Source: Candidatus Nanoarchaeia archaeon
GTDB lineage: Archaea > Nanobdellota > Nanobdellia > Woesearchaeales > UBA525
Assembly (NCBI GenBank): GCA_028279755.1
Contig: JANQNB010000011.1
Location: 4,501 to 68,500, forward strand
Direction: 5' to 3'
DNA length: 64,000 nt
Part shown: piece by piece, positions 55,625 through 63,816 of the stretch
Numbering within the stretch: position 1 is the first letter of the stretch
Layout of the letters: every line of letters starts with the position of its first letter
The notes under the pieces: generated by a model
What the model was told of the DNA's origin: nothing
Seen by the model: only the letters and a program-made list of their open reading frames with translations
Database searches by the model: none
Program-made: the position numbers and the translations under genes

Positions 55625-56128
55625 ATGCGAAAGCGTGGTTCTCTAGAAATCGGAGTCAACACGATTGTCATCATGGTGATCGCGATGATGCTCCTCGGCC
55701 TTGGCATCGGCTTTGTCAAAGGCATCTTCGGCAAGGCGAGCAGTCTGCCGGAACTTATCGAAATCGATGTGGACAATCCGCCGACAGCTGCGGATCCGCT
55801 CAAGGTGACACCTGGCTCGCTGGAGATCAAGTCCGGCGATAAGAAACCGGTGGTGGTCGGCATCTACAACGATCAGGCAGTGTCAAAGACCTTCGATATT
55901 GACATCAGTGTCTGCACTGGCAACCTTGACCCAGTGGTCGAAGCACTGCCAGGCGACATCGAAGCAGGAGACAGCAGAGGCTTCAAGGTCATCGTGCACG
56001 CGATGAACGAGACTGCCACGCCAGCAACGAAAGTGCCGCCAGGAGAGTACATCTGTAAGCTCGAAGGGGCTGCTGACGATGCGTCAGTCACCTACGAGTC
56101 GCAGTTCATCCTGACGGTGAGCAGCTGA
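55625..56128 (+). CDS. Archaeal class III signal peptide (type IV pilin-like) protein 1
   Basis: MRKRG|SLEIGVNTIVIMVIAMMLLGLG: a basic N-terminus, a Gly cleavage site and a hydrophobic helix. Cys-containing globular C-terminal domain. Confidence 0.65.
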   Translation: MRKRGSLEIGVNTIVIMVIAMMLLGLGIGFVKGIFGKASSLPELIEIDVDNPPTAADPLKVTPGSLEIKSGDKKPVVVGIYNDQAVSKTFDIDISVCTGNLDPVVEALPGDIEAGDSRGFKVIVHAMNETATPATKVPPGEYICKLEGAADDASVTYESQFILTVSS

Positions 56129-56129
56129 G

Positions 56130-56369
56130 GTGATCATGATGGCGAAAAACAAGCGACACCTGACCCGGCAAGAGGAATTCGACATCCTGAAGCTGATCCT
56201 GGACAAGTTCCTCTGGCTCGGCGTGCTCATCATGGGCTATGGCATGTGGCGGCTCATAACGCTCAGCCAGGACTTCTGGTACGGCCTGGCGATCATGCTC
56301 GGCGGCGCAGTCCTGATGCTGGTCTTCATGGTGATCCTGGTGCGCGAGTACCACTTCATGAAGAACTAA
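56130..56369 (+). CDS. Small 2-TM membrane protein inside the pilin cluster
   Basis: 79 aa with a basic N-terminus and two TM helices. Begins 1 bp after pilin 1. Confidence 0.45.
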   Translation: MIMMAKNKRHLTRQEEFDILKLILDKFLWLGVLIMGYGMWRLITLSQDFWYGLAIMLGGAVLMLVFMVILVREYHFMKN

Positions 56370-56400
56370 ACACTTTCCTCTTTTCCCTTTTGGTGATCAC

Positions 56401-56991
56401 ATGAATCGACGCGGCATGGAGATTGCGATCAACACCCTGGTGGTGCTCATTCTCGGCATCGTCATCATCACCGGCGGCATCCTGCTCTTGAGGAACATCT
56501 ATGTCAAGGCGATCGAGCTGCCAGAACAGGTGAGCCAGCAGACGGAAGATGCCCTGTTCAACATGCTGCTGAGCAGCAAGCAACGCATTGCAGTCCTGCA
56601 CAATGTGCAGGATATCCAGCGGAAGAAGAGCGCGCTCTATCCCATCGCGTTCCAGAACCAGTTGGAAGGTGCAGTCTCGTGCTTCCGGATCGTCACGACC
56701 GACAATCCTGAAATTGTCGTCGAGCCCAGCGCGAGCGCATGCATCGGCGGCGGCACGCCAGATACCTGCCCGAAAGCCGACGTCCTTGCCGACGAATGGA
56801 TGCTCGACCGCTACGAATCGAACGCGATCTATGCCGGGGTTGCTGTGCCCAAGGCTGCGCAGCGAGGGGAGTATGTCTTCCAGCTGGTGGTGCAGGCGCG
56901 CTCAGGCTGCACTGTGGGTCAGCCCTGCACGAGCTGCACTGATCCCTATGCAGATTATGCGCGCGCAAAGTTCCACGCGATCGTGGAATAG
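56401..56991 (+). CDS. Archaeal class III signal peptide (type IV pilin-like) protein 2
   Basis: MNRRG|MEIAINTLVVLILGIVIITGG, with a C-terminal domain containing several Cys. Confidence 0.65.
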   Translation: MNRRGMEIAINTLVVLILGIVIITGGILLLRNIYVKAIELPEQVSQQTEDALFNMLLSSKQRIAVLHNVQDIQRKKSALYPIAFQNQLEGAVSCFRIVTTDNPEIVVEPSASACIGGGTPDTCPKADVLADEWMLDRYESNAIYAGVAVPKAAQRGEYVFQLVVQARSGCTVGQPCTSCTDPYADYARAKFHAIVE

Positions 56992-57636
56992 CTAGAAATC
57001 AAGCAATGCCAGCAATGCTTTCTTTGGATCTTCTGCTTTCGTGACGCCGCTCGCGAGCAGAACGCCGACAGCGCCAAGTTCCAACGCCACCTTCACATCT
57101 TCCCCAGTATGAATGCCGGCACCGACAAGCAAGGGAGCGTCAATCAACTCTACAGACTTCCTGATGATCTCTGGTTCGGCAGCAGACACACTCACTTCGC
57201 CACCGATCAACTCAGGAGGTTCGACAGCCACAAACTCTGGTTGCAATGCCGCGACCTCGCTGCCTTCTTCTGGCGTCGCTGCGCAGATGACGACCTTCAA
57301 TCCTGCGTCTTTCGCTTCCTTTACCGAGCGTTCGAGCACGTCGCGTTCCAGGCGGTGCTCGCTGTGATTCAGCAAAGTTCCAGCAGCGCCTTCAGCCTTG
57401 ACAGCCTCAGGAAGGATGAAGCCTGTATTCCTGCCAGGATCGATCGGATCCACATGCTCGGCATAGACAGGGATGGAGACAGCCTGGCTGACCCGATACA
57501 AGTCAGCAGCCTGGACTGCGACCCGGATATCTGCATCGTGCTCGTCTGCCAATTCCTGGCAGAGCTCTGCGAGCCGCACCGCATTCTCTCCAGTTGCTTG
57601 CGGATAGGTCTTGAAATTGATGATGATCACTGCCAT
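56992..57636 (-). CDS. tpiA: Triosephosphate isomerase (archaeal short form)
   Basis: 214 aa, MAVIIINFKTY...NHSEHR...VGAGI. Confidence 0.88.
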   Translation of the reverse strand: MAVIIINFKTYPQATGENAVRLAELCQELADEHDADIRVAVQAADLYRVSQAVSIPVYAEHVDPIDPGRNTGFILPEAVKAEGAAGTLLNHSEHRLERDVLERSVKEAKDAGLKVVICAATPEEGSEVAALQPEFVAVEPPELIGGEVSVSAAEPEIIRKSVELIDAPLLVGAGIHTGEDVKVALELGAVGVLLASGVTKAEDPKKALLALLDF

Positions 57637-57639
57637 GCA

Positions 57640-58467
57640 TCACTTCCTCGTTCCCTGTCTTTTTAACAGCTTCGGCCAGTACAGCCAGACAAGCCCCGCA
57701 AGACCCATGGCACCCATGAGCAGGGAGAGCCATTGGCCGACAGCCAAGCCAGTAGCGGCGAGCGTGAAATCAGTCGGGTCCGGCGCTCTCCAGATGTCAG
57801 TGATGACTCTGCCGAATCCTGTCAGCACGAAGTATAACCAGAAGATCGTGCCGTCCTTGAGCTTCTCGTGCAGTTTGAGGTAGAGCGGTGTGATGATCAG
57901 GAAGACGACAAGATTTTTTGCTGCTTCGTAGAACTGGCTCGGGTGCCGGCAGCCCTCGACGCTTGGATCGTTCGGATAGTTCACGCACCACGCGACATCT
58001 GTCGCTGTGCCGACGAGTTCGCCATTGATGTAATTGGCCAGTCGTCCGAAAATATGGATGAAACTCAAGGGCAGAACAGTCACGTCGGCGAGGCTGAAGA
58101 AGCTCACCTTGTACTTCCTGCAGAACCACCAGCCTGCAATGACTGCGCCGATGATCCCGCCGTGAAAGCTGATCCCGCCTTCCCAGATGAAGAGGATCTT
58201 CCAGGGCGCTACTGCGTAATATGCTGGATTGTAGACGATGCAATAGAACAAGCGGCCCATGCCGATGCCGCCGATGATCAGCCAGACGATGAAGGACTCC
58301 ACTGCCTGCTTGTCCAGGTTCTTGATATAGCCGCGCTCCGCGACTTTCAGCAGCACCCAATAACCGAGGAGAAAGCCGATGACATAGACAAGGCTGTACC
58401 ATCGCAAGGCGAATGGTCCGATCGAGAAGATGACCGGGCTCAATGTGTGTTCGAAGGGCATGATCAT
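57640..58467 (-). CDS. lgt: Prolipoprotein diacylglyceryl transferase
   Basis: PVIFSIGPFALRWY N-terminus, GGISFHGGIIGA, and the Lgt signature RHPSQFYEA. 275 aa with 7 TM helices. Confidence 0.85.
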   Translation of the reverse strand: MIMPFEHTLSPVIFSIGPFALRWYSLVYVIGFLLGYWVLLKVAERGYIKNLDKQAVESFIVWLIIGGIGMGRLFYCIVYNPAYYAVAPWKILFIWEGGISFHGGIIGAVIAGWWFCRKYKVSFFSLADVTVLPLSFIHIFGRLANYINGELVGTATDVAWCVNYPNDPSVEGCRHPSQFYEAAKNLVVFLIITPLYLKLHEKLKDGTIFWLYFVLTGFGRVITDIWRAPDPTDFTLAATGLAVGQWLSLLMGAMGLAGLVWLYWPKLLKRQGTRK

Positions 58468-58494
58468 GAAGGGAAAGAAGATGGTTAAAAAGTT

Positions 58495-58818
58495 TTACCC
58501 AAAGTGCTTCTTTATCTCTTCTTCAAAGGCGTCTTTGGGAAGCGCACCGCTGGTCCTGGCGATCTCCTCGCCGTCTTTCAGGAAGACGATGGTGGGGATG
58601 CCACGGATGCCGTACTCAGCAGCGAGATTGCTGTTGACAGGCTCGTCAGTGTTCACCTTGCCGAACGTTATGTTCTTCTGCTCTTCGCTCACTTCCTCGA
58701 ATGTGGGCTTGAACTGCTGGCAAGGGCCGCACCAGGGTGCCCAGAAGTCAAGGATGGCATTGCCTTTCTTGACCTCTTCCAGGTTTTCAGGGGTTATGTC
58801 GAGTGCCATGAATGTCAC
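58495..58818 (-). CDS. trxA: Thioredoxin
   Basis: WCGPC active site, 107 aa. Confidence 0.88.
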   Translation of the reverse strand: MTFMALDITPENLEEVKKGNAILDFWAPWCGPCQQFKPTFEEVSEEQKNITFGKVNTDEPVNSNLAAEYGIRGIPTIVFLKDGEEIARTSGALPKDAFEEEIKKHFG

Positions 58819-58900
58819 CTCAATACTTGTTAGGGAAAAGAAAGAACTCGCCCTTATAAAAGTCTATTGTTGAAGGGTGGAAATGTGCAATGAATATGCA

Positions 58901-60172
58901 CTACCCTAGTTTCTTCACGACTTCCTCGACACTGAGCACGGATTCCTCGCCGGATTTCATATCCTTGAGCTTGACCTTCTTGCTTTCGAGCTCTTTCTGT
59001 CCGCAGATCAGGACGAAAGGAATGCCATAGCTGTTGGCGTAATCGAGGTTCTTTGAGATCGAGCGATTGTTCAGGTCCATGTCGGCGTTGATGCCTGCGC
59101 CACGAAGCTGCTCGACGATCGGAATGACTTGTTCTGGATTCTTAATGGGAATGACGTAGACTTTCACAAGGGTTTTTATGAGTTCTTTCTTCTCCTTGAG
59201 CACGTCCATGATGGGCTCGAGGCCGAAAGATAATCCGACGGCAGGGAACTCGACCTTGCTTTGCAATAACTCAGGAATCATCTTGTCATATCGGCCGCCG
59301 CCGCACAACGAGGAGGTGACTTTGGTTTTTTTCCCGAAGGCTTCGAACACCGTGCTCGTGTAGTAGGCAAGCCCGCGCGCGAGGCCGGGATCGAACATGA
59401 CGTCTTCAACTCCCTCGAGAAACGAGAAGAGTTCGGTAATCTCTTTGAGGCCCTCGCTTTCTCCTCCGAGGTATTCTTTGATTTTCTTGATTTTATCTTG
59501 ATTAGAGTTTTTTTGCGTGCTGAGTTCAACAACGAAGTTCACACTGTCCTCTTTGATCCCTTTTTCTTTGAGTTCTTTTTGTACTTCTTCGAGTTTGACT
59601 TTCTTGATTTTGTCGAGGATGAGAATCGCTTCTATCAACTTCTCCTTAGGAACCCCATTCTTCAAGAGGATTTCTTCCAAGAGCTTGCGGTTGTTCACGC
59701 TGACAGTGACGGGAATGCCGAGTTCCTTGAATCCGGCGAGGGTGACACGGATACTTTCTGCGTCTGCTGCCATGCTCTTGCTGCCCACGATGTCAGCGTC
59801 GCATTGCATGAACTCGCGATAACGGCCGAGCTTGATCGGGCCGTCGCGGAAGACGCGGCCGATGGCGTAGCGCTTGAAGGGCATCTTCACCTGCGGATTC
59901 ATCCCGACAAAGCGCGCGAAGGGCACGGTGAGATCGTACCTGAGCGCGAGATCGCGTTTTCCCTGGTCTGCGAACTTGAACGTTTCCTTGAGGATCTCCT
60001 CACCGCCAGCAAACTTCGCAGACAGCACTTCCCAGCGTTCGAAGATCGGCGTTTCCAACGGATTATAGCCGTAGCGCTGGAACACGCGCGTGAGCCCGCT
60101 GATTAGCTCGTCCCTGAGGATCTTCTCCTCCGGCGGGAAATCGCGAACCCCCTTTGGCAGTTGGAGTTTCAT
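58901..60172 (-). CDS. hisS: Histidyl-tRNA synthetase
   Basis: Class II motifs (RYDLTVPFAR, FRDGPIKLGRYREFMQCDADI) and a C-terminal anticodon-binding domain. Confidence 0.9.
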   Translation of the reverse strand: MKLQLPKGVRDFPPEEKILRDELISGLTRVFQRYGYNPLETPIFERWEVLSAKFAGGEEILKETFKFADQGKRDLALRYDLTVPFARFVGMNPQVKMPFKRYAIGRVFRDGPIKLGRYREFMQCDADIVGSKSMAADAESIRVTLAGFKELGIPVTVSVNNRKLLEEILLKNGVPKEKLIEAILILDKIKKVKLEEVQKELKEKGIKEDSVNFVVELSTQKNSNQDKIKKIKEYLGGESEGLKEITELFSFLEGVEDVMFDPGLARGLAYYTSTVFEAFGKKTKVTSSLCGGGRYDKMIPELLQSKVEFPAVGLSFGLEPIMDVLKEKKELIKTLVKVYVIPIKNPEQVIPIVEQLRGAGINADMDLNNRSISKNLDYANSYGIPFVLICGQKELESKKVKLKDMKSGEESVLSVEEVVKKLG

Positions 60173-60233
60173 TTTTCCGTACCTGTCTCTTGTTCCTGAT
60201 TGTAAAGCGATTTAAAAAAGTGTTGATATGGTC

Positions 60234-61772
60234 TCAACCGAGCTCTCCGACCGCTTTTTCCACAGCTCTGACCAGTTCGCCGCTCTTGAGAAGTTTCACA
60301 AGGCGCTCGATGTCCGGGTAGAGTGGCCGATCCTCTGCAAGGAAGGGAACAAGCTCTCGTATTGCGTTGAATGCTGCTCGCGTCCCTGTTGCCAAGTTTT
60401 TCTTCTCTTGCTTCATCCGCAACTCGGCAGCCTGAGCAGCAGCCAGGCATTCTATGGCCACGACGGCGAATGCCTTGTCGATGATCCCCCAGGTCTTGAG
60501 AGCGGTGTTGGTTCCCATGCTGACGAAATCCTCCTGGTCTGCCGCAGTGGGGATGCTGCCGATCGCTGCAGGCGTGCAGTAGACGCGGCACTGGTTCACC
60601 AATGACGCCGCAGTATATTGCGGAATCATGATCCCTGAGTTGAGTCCTGCTTTCTCGATGAGAAAGCCGGGAAGCCCTTCATTCAGCACAGGATTGAGGA
60701 GCCGGTTCAATCGACGCTCGGAAAGAACTGCTATGGTTGACACTCCCTGTCCAAGCATCTCGAGAGGCAGGGCAATTGGCGTCCCTTGAAAATTGGCACC
60801 AGCAAGATACCGTCCTCCTTCAGCAGTGTTCTTAGGAACAAAGAGAGGATTGTCCGCACCTGCATTCAACTCGATGGTCACCTGGTCTTCGACGTAGCGG
60901 ATCGCGTCCTTCACTGTGCCAAGGACCTGGGGCGTGGATCTGATGCTGTATGCATCCTGGATTCGCGCTGGCTCACCCAGTATCGTCGAGCCGCGCAGGA
61001 GTTTCCGCAGGTTCTCCGCGCACTCAATGCCTCCTCTGAATCCCCGGAGCTGCAGTATCTCGTCGTCGAAGGCATTCTTCACTGCTTTGAGCGCTTCGCT
61101 GCTCAACGCCGCGGCGATTTCAGCGCTTTTCAACAGGAGCTTTGCGTCTTCTATCTCAAGCGCAGCCAGCCCTGTCGTGAGCTGCGAGCCATTGATGACT
61201 GCCAGGCCATCCCGTATCTCATAGGTGATCGGTTTCAATCCGGCTTTCTTCAAGGCGTCGGCTCCAGACATGCGCTCACCTTCATAGTTTGCTTCGCCTT
61301 CACCGATCGGAACGAGCATGGCTTGCGCCATTGGCGCTAGATCTCCGCACGCTCCGACACTCGCCGGATACATGATTGGCGTTACCCCTTCATTGAGCAT
61401 CTCGGCGATGAAGTCTGCGACTGCGGGACGGACGCCGCTCACGCCCTTGGCGAGGACGTTGATTCGTGCAGCAATAGCTGCCCGCGCCACCTCTTTGGAC
61501 ACTGGAACACCATACCCGCCAGCGTGGCTGTAGATCAGCTTTTTCGAGAACTGCCGCGCATCCTCTGGCGAGAGGATGACGCTGGCAAGCTCTCCAATCC
61601 CTGTCGTTGTGCCGTATGCAGGCTTCTTTTCCTGAAACATCTTTTCGACAAACGCCCGGCTCTTGTTCATTTTCTCTTTGCAGCTTGGCGCGATTGCTAT
61701 CTTCTCGCCTCGTGCGATGCGTGTCAGTTGTTCTGTTGTCAGGTTTTTCCCGTCGAGTTGCATGTATCTCAC
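60234..61772 (-). CDS. hutH: Histidine ammonia-lyase family (MIO-dependent ammonia-lyase), atypical Ala-Cys-Gly triad
   Basis: 512 aa, YGTTTGIGELAS and SVGACGDLAPMAQ. The canonical MIO-forming ASG is replaced by ACG. Confidence 0.8.
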   Translation of the reverse strand: MRYMQLDGKNLTTEQLTRIARGEKIAIAPSCKEKMNKSRAFVEKMFQEKKPAYGTTTGIGELASVILSPEDARQFSKKLIYSHAGGYGVPVSKEVARAAIAARINVLAKGVSGVRPAVADFIAEMLNEGVTPIMYPASVGACGDLAPMAQAMLVPIGEGEANYEGERMSGADALKKAGLKPITYEIRDGLAVINGSQLTTGLAALEIEDAKLLLKSAEIAAALSSEALKAVKNAFDDEILQLRGFRGGIECAENLRKLLRGSTILGEPARIQDAYSIRSTPQVLGTVKDAIRYVEDQVTIELNAGADNPLFVPKNTAEGGRYLAGANFQGTPIALPLEMLGQGVSTIAVLSERRLNRLLNPVLNEGLPGFLIEKAGLNSGIMIPQYTAASLVNQCRVYCTPAAIGSIPTAADQEDFVSMGTNTALKTWGIIDKAFAVVAIECLAAAQAAELRMKQEKKNLATGTRAAFNAIRELVPFLAEDRPLYPDIERLVKLLKSGELVRAVEKAVGELG

Positions 61773-61776
61773 CCGG

Positions 61777-62100
61777 TTAAAAATCGGCAGGCGTGCTCGG
61801 CGCGATCAGGTATCGGTCTCTTCCCTGATAGAGCGTCTGCTGCTGTCCTGTCAACGCTGTGGCGAGCTGCACAAGACCGTCACGCATTGCCCTCGAATCC
61901 TCTTCGTTCTGGAGGGGTATCGCGACATCTACTGTCTGTTGCCAACCCTGCAGCACTTTTCGTCTACTGCAGCTGTATGCGCGCCGCAACTCTTTGAGCT
62001 TTGTTTCAAGCATCGGCATCTTGTCTTCTGGAATCCCTCTGATGACCAGTTGGGGACCGTTCTTTCTTTCTGTTGTTTTTTCCATTTTCATGAGTATCAC
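61777..62100 (-). CDS. Hypothetical protein
   Basis: 107 aa. AGGTGA SD-like 7 bp before the ATG. 4 bp upstream of hutH. Confidence 0.45.
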   Translation of the reverse strand: MILMKMEKTTERKNGPQLVIRGIPEDKMPMLETKLKELRRAYSCSRRKVLQGWQQTVDVAIPLQNEEDSRAMRDGLVQLATALTGQQQTLYQGRDRYLIAPSTPADF

Positions 62101-62198
62101 CTTTCGTTTTTTTCTGAGAATGTGTTTTACACTAGTCAGGCCAATAGCGCGTCAGCTCATACGAACTGACGCTATAGATGCTCTTGAGAAATCAGAAA

Positions 62199-62270
62199 GG
62201 CGGCAGACGGGAATCGAACCCGCGTCATCAGAGCCACAGTCTGGTATCTTGCCATTAGACGACTGCCGCC
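62199..62270 (-). tRNA. tRNA-His (anticodon GTG) with encoded G-1, copy 1
   Basis: G-1 pairs with discriminator C73. Acceptor GCGGCAG/CTGCCGC, anticodon stem CCAGA/TCTGA with loop CTGTGGC, 4-nt variable loop, T-arm GCGGG-TTCGATT-CCCGT. Confidence 0.75.
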
Positions 62271-62416
62271 AGAAACGATACGTGGAGAAACTCCTGCTGC
62301 AGGAAGTAATTGTCGGCGGAAAGGTGCGCGCTGACTACCAGTGAAGACGACCAGCACGTCGTGCCCTTGCCTCGATTGATAGTTGCGATGTCATGCTCTC
62401 GGGAAAGCGACACTAG

Positions 62417-62424
62417 TATAAATA
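62417..62424. promoter_or_regulatory. TATA (TATAAATA) ~147 bp upstream of tRNA-His copy 1
   Basis: Sits in a 60-bp AT-rich block between the two tRNA-His genes. The same block reads as a T-rich terminator region for copy 2. Confidence 0.45.
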
Positions 62425-62501
62425 GCTTTCTGTTATATATTTTACAAAATATAGTTTAAAGGAATATACTGTTTTCTATCCCGATAAAGAAGGAAAGGAA
62501 G

Positions 62502-62574
62502 GGCCGCCGGGGGGAATCGAACCCCCGTCTGAAGATCCACAGTCTTCCATCTTAACCATTGGACCACGGCAGCC
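62502..62574 (-). tRNA. tRNA-His (anticodon GTG) with encoded G-1, copy 2 (divergent)
   Basis: G-1:C73. Acceptor GCTGCCG/CGGCGGC (one G-U pair), anticodon stem GAAGA/TCTTC with loop CTGTGGA, variable loop AGAC, T-arm GGGGG-TTCGATT-CCCCC. Confidence 0.7.
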
Positions 62575-62713
62575 ATTGCGGAGCACCAGTCTGGTATGCG
62601 CGAAGCACCTGGTGCTGAAGATGCGTGAGAAACTGCGACGTAGTTGTGCCAGGACGGCTAACAATGAAGGCAACCACTCGCATTCATAATAGCGCACAGA
62701 GAACGAAAACCCT

Positions 62714-62721
62714 TTATAAAG
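62714..62721. promoter_or_regulatory. TATA (TTTATAAA) ~140 bp upstream of tRNA-His copy 2
   Basis: Same spacing as for copy 1. Both leaders contain a shared GAGAAACT-containing segment. Confidence 0.45.
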
Positions 62722-62766
62722 CTTGCCGTTCGAAGAATGGCAAGCGCCGAGTGACAACGAGGCAGC

Positions 62767-63816
62767 TTACTCTGCGGACTGCTCTTTTCTTTGTGAACTC
62801 CCTTTTGCTTCTTGCCTGTTCGAGACCTTTTCTTTGCCTTCTGCCTCTCGCTCCTTGTTGATGTGCTTTCTGGCCATCTCAGAGACGTACGAGGTGCTGA
62901 TCCTCATCCCGTACTTCGCTTCCACGTGTTCAGCAATCTCCTGCACTGTCAGATCGCTGTGCTGGTAGAGGTTCGCTACCTCGCTTGAAAACCCGTCATA
63001 GCTCCTGAGAAGGCTTCTATCGAAGCGCTGGAGGCTCTCAAGAGCGGGCTGCGCATAGCCTTCCACCCTGCTTTCTCCGCTGTGTCGCGTCAGGTACTGC
63101 TGCTCGCTGGCCAGGACGTGCTCACGCACCGCATCCTTGTAGACCGCTTGCTCGAGTCCCATGGCGGCTGCGCCGCGCGCATAACGCTCATGCACTGCTC
63201 GCGTGTCGCCTTTCCTGAACGCCTCGATCTGGGCATTATAGCCCCTGACAGCGTCCTTGACAATACGCTCCAAAGGCTGATACCGCGCTTTTCCTTGAAG
63301 TTCAGAAAGGCTGATTATCATACCAAACTCATGTGCGAGAATACGAGCTATTTCCTGTGGAGGATGTCCTGAGAGTTCGAGAAAGCGTTGCGTGAAGATT
63401 TCATGGCTCTCAGGCCGGGGCAAGAGCTCTTTTTCGTAGAAACTTAAGGGGTTGCCACCTGCTTCGCGATGCTGGGCATAATTCGCTACATATCCTCTCA
63501 GAGCAAGCAATGCGGCTTCACTGTCGCAATCGATAGCCTGCCCGATCTGCTCGACAAGCTGCGACAAGCTCATGCCAGGATCCTGCTCTTTGAAACGGTT
63601 GGCGATCTCCGCGGTGAGCCGTTCCTGCATGCCAAGTGATACTGTGAGGGTTTCATAGTGAGGCCCTTGCGCTAACAATGCAGTCAATTCCTGCTCTTCT
63701 CCTTCTGTCCTGATCTGGAGGCTTTCGAGATGGCGCAGTCTGCGCGCTTGCCGCTTCGCTGGATTACGCAAGAACACGGCGCTGAATCCTGCCCTAATCC
63801 GACTGCCCAGGCTCAT
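62767..63816 (-). CDS. Hypothetical protein
   Basis: 349-aa GC3-rich ORF with a basic Lys/Glu-rich C-terminal tail. Its 5' end overlaps the 3' end of the upstream L,D-transpeptidase-like gene, so the start is uncertain. Confidence 0.5.
   Translation of the reverse strand: MSLGSRIRAGFSAVFLRNPAKRQARRLRHLESLQIRTEGEEQELTALLAQGPHYETLTVSLGMQERLTAEIANRFKEQDPGMSLSQLVEQIGQAIDCDSEAALLALRGYVANYAQHREAGGNPLSFYEKELLPRPESHEIFTQRFLELSGHPPQEIARILAHEFGMIISLSELQGKARYQPLERIVKDAVRGYNAQIEAFRKGDTRAVHERYARGAAAMGLEQAVYKDAVREHVLASEQQYLTRHSGESRVEGYAQPALESLQRFDRSLLRSYDGFSSEVANLYQHSDLTVQEIAEHVEAKYGMRISTSYVSEMARKHINKEREAEGKEKVSNRQEAKGSSQRKEQSAE

Noticed and set aside
57640-58467. Treating the whole window as bacterial because of Lgt, GT9, YkuD and Kazal.
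   Set aside because: Flanking genes are archaeal-specific (P0/P1 stalk, TFE, aCPSF1, exosome Rrp4/41/42, archaeal CCA enzyme, Taw1/Taw3). Promoters are archaeal TATA type throughout.
62271-62501. A third tRNA or a larger ncRNA (RNase P / SRP RNA) between the tRNA-His genes.
   Set aside because: No T-arm-like GTTCGAAT/GAATCGAAC motif or acceptor pairing was found in the spacer. The intergenic spaces in the window are too short for 300-nt RNAs.
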